18,825 nucleotides of DNA from Candidatus Sigynarchaeum calidifontis (lineage in GTDB: Archaea; Asgardarchaeota; Lokiarchaeia; Sigyniarchaeales; Sigyniarchaeaceae), in contig JAUQYZ020000118.1 in assembly GCA_030587475.2 (NCBI GenBank), forward strand, positions 1-18,825. Direction: 5' to 3'. Made by a program: the position numbers and the translations under genes. Below are positions 14,969 to 18,825 of this stretch, piece after piece (the stretch's first letter is position 1; every line of letters begins with the position of its first letter). The notes under the pieces were generated by a model that searched no databases, was not told the DNA's origin, and worked only from the letters and a program-made list of their open reading frames with translations.

Positions 14969-15403
14969 ATGGTGCGGCGAACGATCGGTACGACCATGCC
15001 CCGCGAGCGATTTATCCCGACCGTCATCGACCCGGATCTCTGCCACTTGTGCGGTCGCTGCTACAATGCTTGCCGGAACGACGCGATCGTGATCCAGGGG
15101 CGGCATCGCTGGGTGGACTACCGTAAATGCACGGGCTGCCTCATGTGCACGCACGTGTGCCCCTACAACGCGATCAAGGTCACGAGTGCCGTTGTAGGAA
15201 CGACCCTCGGTGTCGACATCGACGCTGGCAAGTGCATCGTGGCATCAGGCTGCCAGGAATGCGTCGACCGCTGCCCGGCGGGGATATACGCGAAACGAGG
15301 GGAGAATATCGCCGTGAACGGCGGCAGCATCAAGGACTGCCGGGCTTGCAAGACTTGCGAGGCCGGCTGTCCCGTGCATGCCGTGAAGGTCGTCCAAGCG
15401 TGA
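14969..15403 (+). CDS. Polyferredoxin (four 4Fe-4S motifs)
   Basis: CHLCGRCYNAC, CTGCLMCTHVCP, CIVASGCQECVDRCP, CRACKTCEAGCP. Start at 14969 or 14996. Confidence 0.92.
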   Translation: MVRRTIGTTMPRERFIPTVIDPDLCHLCGRCYNACRNDAIVIQGRHRWVDYRKCTGCLMCTHVCPYNAIKVTSAVVGTTLGVDIDAGKCIVASGCQECVDRCPAGIYAKRGENIAVNGGSIKDCRACKTCEAGCPVHAVKVVQA

Positions 15404-15606
15404 TCGCCTTGTTAACGGGTTACGCCCCGTGTTAAGCCGATATTTGTCAAGCCTTATAACTTCACTAATTCGATACACTTCCAATGCATAAAGGCTCCTT
15501 TTCGCATGTTATTAACTCGGCATTAGGCGGCCTTTTTATGCCCTAATGCTTGGTTTCAATCCCGACGAAATGGAAAGAGACCCTTGCTCGAGATCGTGAG
15601 CCAGCC

Positions 15607-18600
15607 ATGGTGATGCCCGACGACGTGGGCGTGATGCCCCCGCAAGACCCCGTCGCGAAGTTCGAGGATTTTTTGCGCCTGTTCGAGGATCCCGTCGGAA
15701 CATTCGTCTACTTGAACAAGATCAAGTACATCATCGCCGACAGCGAGAAGACCAGGACGCTGACCGTCGACTTCACGCACTTGATGCGGCACGACCCCCA
15801 GCTCGCCAAGGAGATCCACGAGAATCCCACGGAATACCTCAAGAAGGCGAACCAGGCCGCGGTCAACGTCCTCCATGCCCAGAGCAACGGCGCCATCAAG
15901 CTCACCGACGAGTACTTCGTGCGGTTCACGAACATGCCGAGCAGCTATTGCGTCAAGCTCCGCAAGATCCGCTCGGCCCACATGGAACGGCTCCTCGGCG
16001 TGTCGGGCTCCCTCATCCGCGCCACGAACGTCCGTCCCGAGATCACGACGGCCAGCTTCGAGTGCAAGGTATGCGGGGCGCAGCACGAGATCGAGCAGCT
16101 CGACGAGGAGCTGACATACCCGGCCGTCTGCAACGTCGGCGGCTGCAAGAACTCGAAGAAAAGCGACTTCCGCCTGATCGGCAAGACCTCCCGGTTCATC
16201 GACTGGCAGCAGATCCGCATCCAGGAGATGCCCGAGGAACTCTCCGCCGGCAACGTGCCCCGCTACCTCGACGCCTTGCTGCTCCACGACATCGTCGACA
16301 CGTTCCGGCCCGGCGATCGCGTCACGCTCGTCGGCACGATCAAGATCGCCCCGATCAAGAAATCTGCCCAGGGCCAGGGCCGCGTGTTCATGCAGCTCAT
16401 GCACGTGAACAACATCTATTCCGAGGAGGAGGCGCCTTCCGAGGAGATCACCGAGGAGGACGAGGAAAAGATAAAGGCGCTCGCCAAGGATCCCTTCATC
16501 CACACGAAGATCATCCGCTCCATCTCGCCGGGCCTGTATGGCTTGGAGATGGAAAAACTCGCTTGTGCCCTCTCCCTCTTCGGCGGCGTCCACAAGGTGC
16601 GCGGTTCGGGGCACAACATGCGCGGCGACATCCACGTCTTGCTCATGGGCGACCCGGGAACGGGCAAGAGCCAGCTGATCAAGGCTGCTTCACGGCTCGC
16701 GCCCCGTGGGATTTATACTTCAGGACAGGGGTCCACCGCAGCAGGATTAACGGCTGCGGTGCTCCGGGACGAAACCACTGGCAATATGGTGCTCGAGGCG
16801 GGCGCGCTCGTGCTTGCCGATAACGGGGTGGCCGTGATCGACGAGTTCGACAAGATGAAGACCGCGGACCGCGTCGCCATTCATGAAGGGATGGAGCAGC
16901 AATCTTACCATCCGCTGACCGAGATCTTGACCACGGATGGACATCGTATCAAGATCGGGCCATTCATCGACCAGTTAATGGCCAGGAAGAAAAATCAAGT
17001 CGTCGAGGGGATCAATTGCGAGATACTTCCCGTCGATGACTTGTGGGTCTATTCAACCGATGGGGAAAACGTTGTCAAGGCCCGGGCTTGTCGAGTCAGC
17101 CGACATGCCGCACCGGCGCAGTTCATCAAGCTCTCGTTCTCGAACGGGAGGTCGCTGATGGTCACGCCGGAGCACCCCGTGTTCGTGTACCGGGATGGAA
17201 CCTTGAAGGAAATCCCGGCAGCCGAGTGCAAGGAGAACGAGTTCGTCCCCGTGCCAAACATCCTTCCGAACTCGAGCATTCCGGTCGAGCTGGAACGTTT
17301 GCCCACGCCCACGCATCCACGGGCAAAGTGCATCCGGTTCCCTCGCACGATATCACCGGGCTTGGCGCGGCTGTTGGGATACATCATTTCAGAAGGCCAT
17401 GGCTTCGCTGGATCCACGGTCGAGGTGGGATTCTCCAATAAAGACGATGCCTTGCTCGACGATTTCCAGCGGCTGATGCTGGCCGAATTCAACATGAGGC
17501 CCAGTATTAACAAGGGCCACGACGGCGTGTCAACCCTTAGATACGTGTCTGTTGAATTATACAAGTGGATGAGGCTGAACTTCCCCGAGATGATGGTGAA
17601 AGCCCGGGAGAAGCGCATCCCGGCCAAGATCCTCGGTGGATCCAAGGCAATTGCACGCGAATTCCTCGCGAGCGCGTTCAAGGGAGATGGCGGGATCGAG
17701 TCCACCTCCCTGTGTTACCGGACGGCATCGGAATACTTGAGCCACGATTACCAGGATTTACTCCTCAAGCTCGGCATCCAATCGCGCATCGTGCATGACA
17801 TCCACAACGATTCGTACAAGGTATACATCCGTGGTCATTCGTTGTATGCGTTCCTCGCGAAGGTGATCGAGCGGGACGACCCGAGATACGAGAAATTCAA
17901 CGATATGATCAAAGCAAGTATGGAAACCAACCGGCACCATGACGTGTTCCCCACGAGCGTCGCCAAGGAGCTCATCGCGTTGAAAAAGGAACTGGGCTTG
18001 GCTTACAACGGGCGTTTCAATTCATACTTGCAATTGAATTATGGCATCACGAGAGACTCGCTCGAGGAGGAAATTTTCTCGATCGAAACTCACCTCGCAT
18101 CAATGAAACACGCGCTCGACAACGAACACGATATCAAGAAGTTACGCGAGGCCTGCGGCTATTCCATGGCCGACATCACGAGGATAACCGGCATCGGGTT
18201 GAGTGTTGTCAAGTATGTCGAAATCGGCGGGTACACGCCGGAGAAAAGAAGAGATCTTTCCAACCGCATCAGGAACGACATCGCTGAACACGTCAGATCG
18301 ATGGAAAAAAGGGTTGCAAACATAAAGCGAATGAAGGATGCCCAGATCGGCTGGGATAGAATCAAAAAAATCGAAATTATCGAGAACTCGGGAGAAAAAC
18401 ATGTGCCGTTCGTGTATGACATCACGGTCGAGCCATCGCATACTTTCATCGCTCAAGGTATCGTCTTGCACAACTCGATCAGCATCTCGAAGGCCGGGAT
18501 CGTCGCGAACTTGAACTGCCGCACCACGATCATCGCCGCCGCCAACCCCAAGATGGGCCGGTACGACGACAACTTGACCCTCGCCGAGAACATCAACTTG

Positions 18601-18825
18601 CCGCCGACCCTCCTGTCCCGGTTCGACCTCATCTTCATCGTCCGCGACAGGCCGGACGAGAAGAACGACGGGCTGGTGGCCGACCACATCCTCAAGCTGC
18701 ACATGCCAGAGGACAAGCTCCCGCCGGGCCAGGAAATCATCGAGGCACCCATCGAGGCGAGCTTCCTGAAAAAATATATCCGCTACGCGCGCGCCGAGTG
18801 CGAGCCCCAGATGACGCCCGAGGCA
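15607..18825 (+). CDS. mcm: MCM replicative helicase precursor with one intein (3' end beyond window)
   Basis: Not in the ORF track (no stop in window). Continuous frame from ATG 15607: Zn finger CKVC...CNVGGC, QEMPEE..G..PR, RPGDRV, Walker A GDPGTGKS, AAGLTAAV, Walker B IDEFDKM, MEQQ|SISISKAG, AAANP, arginine finger LLSRFDLIF. Confidence 0.97.
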   Translation, partial: MVMPDDVGVMPPQDPVAKFEDFLRLFEDPVGTFVYLNKIKYIIADSEKTRTLTVDFTHLMRHDPQLAKEIHENPTEYLKKANQAAVNVLHAQSNGAIKLTDEYFVRFTNMPSSYCVKLRKIRSAHMERLLGVSGSLIRATNVRPEITTASFECKVCGAQHEIEQLDEELTYPAVCNVGGCKNSKKSDFRLIGKTSRFIDWQQIRIQEMPEELSAGNVPRYLDALLLHDIVDTFRPGDRVTLVGTIKIAPIKKSAQGQGRVFMQLMHVNNIYSEEEAPSEEITEEDEEKIKALAKDPFIHTKIIRSISPGLYGLEMEKLACALSLFGGVHKVRGSGHNMRGDIHVLLMGDPGTGKSQLIKAASRLAPRGIYTSGQGSTAAGLTAAVLRDETTGNMVLEAGALVLADNGVAVIDEFDKMKTADRVAIHEGMEQQSYHPLTEILTTDGHRIKIGPFIDQLMARKKNQVVEGINCEILPVDDLWVYSTDGENVVKARACRVSRHAAPAQFIKLSFSNGRSLMVTPEHPVFVYRDGTLKEIPAAECKENEFVPVPNILPNSSIPVELERLPTPTHPRAKCIRFPRTISPGLARLLGYIISEGHGFAGSTVEVGFSNKDDALLDDFQRLMLAEFNMRPSINKGHDGVSTLRYVSVELYKWMRLNFPEMMVKAREKRIPAKILGGSKAIAREFLASAFKGDGGIESTSLCYRTASEYLSHDYQDLLLKLGIQSRIVHDIHNDSYKVYIRGHSLYAFLAKVIERDDPRYEKFNDMIKASMETNRHHDVFPTSVAKELIALKKELGLAYNGRFNSYLQLNYGITRDSLEEEIFSIETHLASMKHALDNEHDIKKLREACGYSMADITRITGIGLSVVKYVEIGGYTPEKRRDLSNRIRNDIAEHVRSMEKRVANIKRMKDAQIGWDRIKKIEIIENSGEKHVPFVYDITVEPSHTFIAQGIVLHNSISISKAGIVANLNCRTTIIAAANPKMGRYDDNLTLAENINLPPTLLSRFDLIFIVRDRPDEKNDGLVADHILKLHMPEDKLPPGQEIIEAPIEASFLKKYIRYARAECEPQMTPEA
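16903..18474 (+). mobile_element. Intein (524 aa) with LAGLIDADG homing endonuclease in MCM at the MEQQ|S site
   Basis: Starts SYHPLTEI (Ser1), block B VTPEHP, block C LLGYIISEG (17371), block D KRIP, block E FLASAFKGDG (17662), block F VYDITV, block G VLHN followed by Ser+1. Removing it restores MEQQSISISKAG. Confidence 0.96.

Noticed and set aside
15479-15494. ORB-like TTCCAATGCATAAAGG upstream of mcm (replication origin?)
   Set aside because: Loose match lacking the GAAA core and G-string, not repeated, and no orc1/cdc6 gene in the window.
15553-15577. CRISPR-repeat-like 25-mer GTTTCAATCCCGACGAAATGGAAAG
   Set aside because: Single copy, no spacers and no cas genes in the window.
1-18825. 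Provirus or plasmid origin for the mcm-containing region
   Set aside because: No integrase, capsid, transposase or att repeats seen; the MCM extein has host-like codon use and housekeeping neighbours.

Overview
Archaeal chromosomal DNA, GC-rich in coding regions. It is most likely from an Asgard archaeon (Lokiarchaeia-like); this is inferred from an unprenylated Rab-like GTPase, an archaeal MCM and a PDCD5-family gene. About 18 CDSs lie on mixed strands: a Rab-like small GTPase, GPH/MFS sugar transporter, YprB-like DEDDy exonuclease, tandem GNAT, divergent PDCD5, Gfo/Idh/MocA oxidoreductase, N-acyl-ornithine carbamoyltransferase, AcuC/class I HDAC, zinc-ribbon protein, nucleotidyltransferase, LMW-PTP, a MOP flippase fused to an extracellular domain, a polyferredoxin, and mcm. 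The mcm gene runs off the window, is missing from the ORF track, and carries a 524-aa Ser1 LAGLIDADG intein with an extra HTH region. Three observations stand out. (1) Two hypothetical proteins resemble by eye the folds of eukaryotic Rab-regulator families: a longin-less DENN/folliculin-like protein (1-539) and a TRAPP Bet3-like protein (8591-9154). (2) There is an abrupt codon-usage break inside the Rab-like gene. (3) A synonymous AT-rich patch lies over empty intein sites in mcm. All fold assignments are manual and need HMM or structure checks. No rRNA, tRNA or CRISPR array was found.
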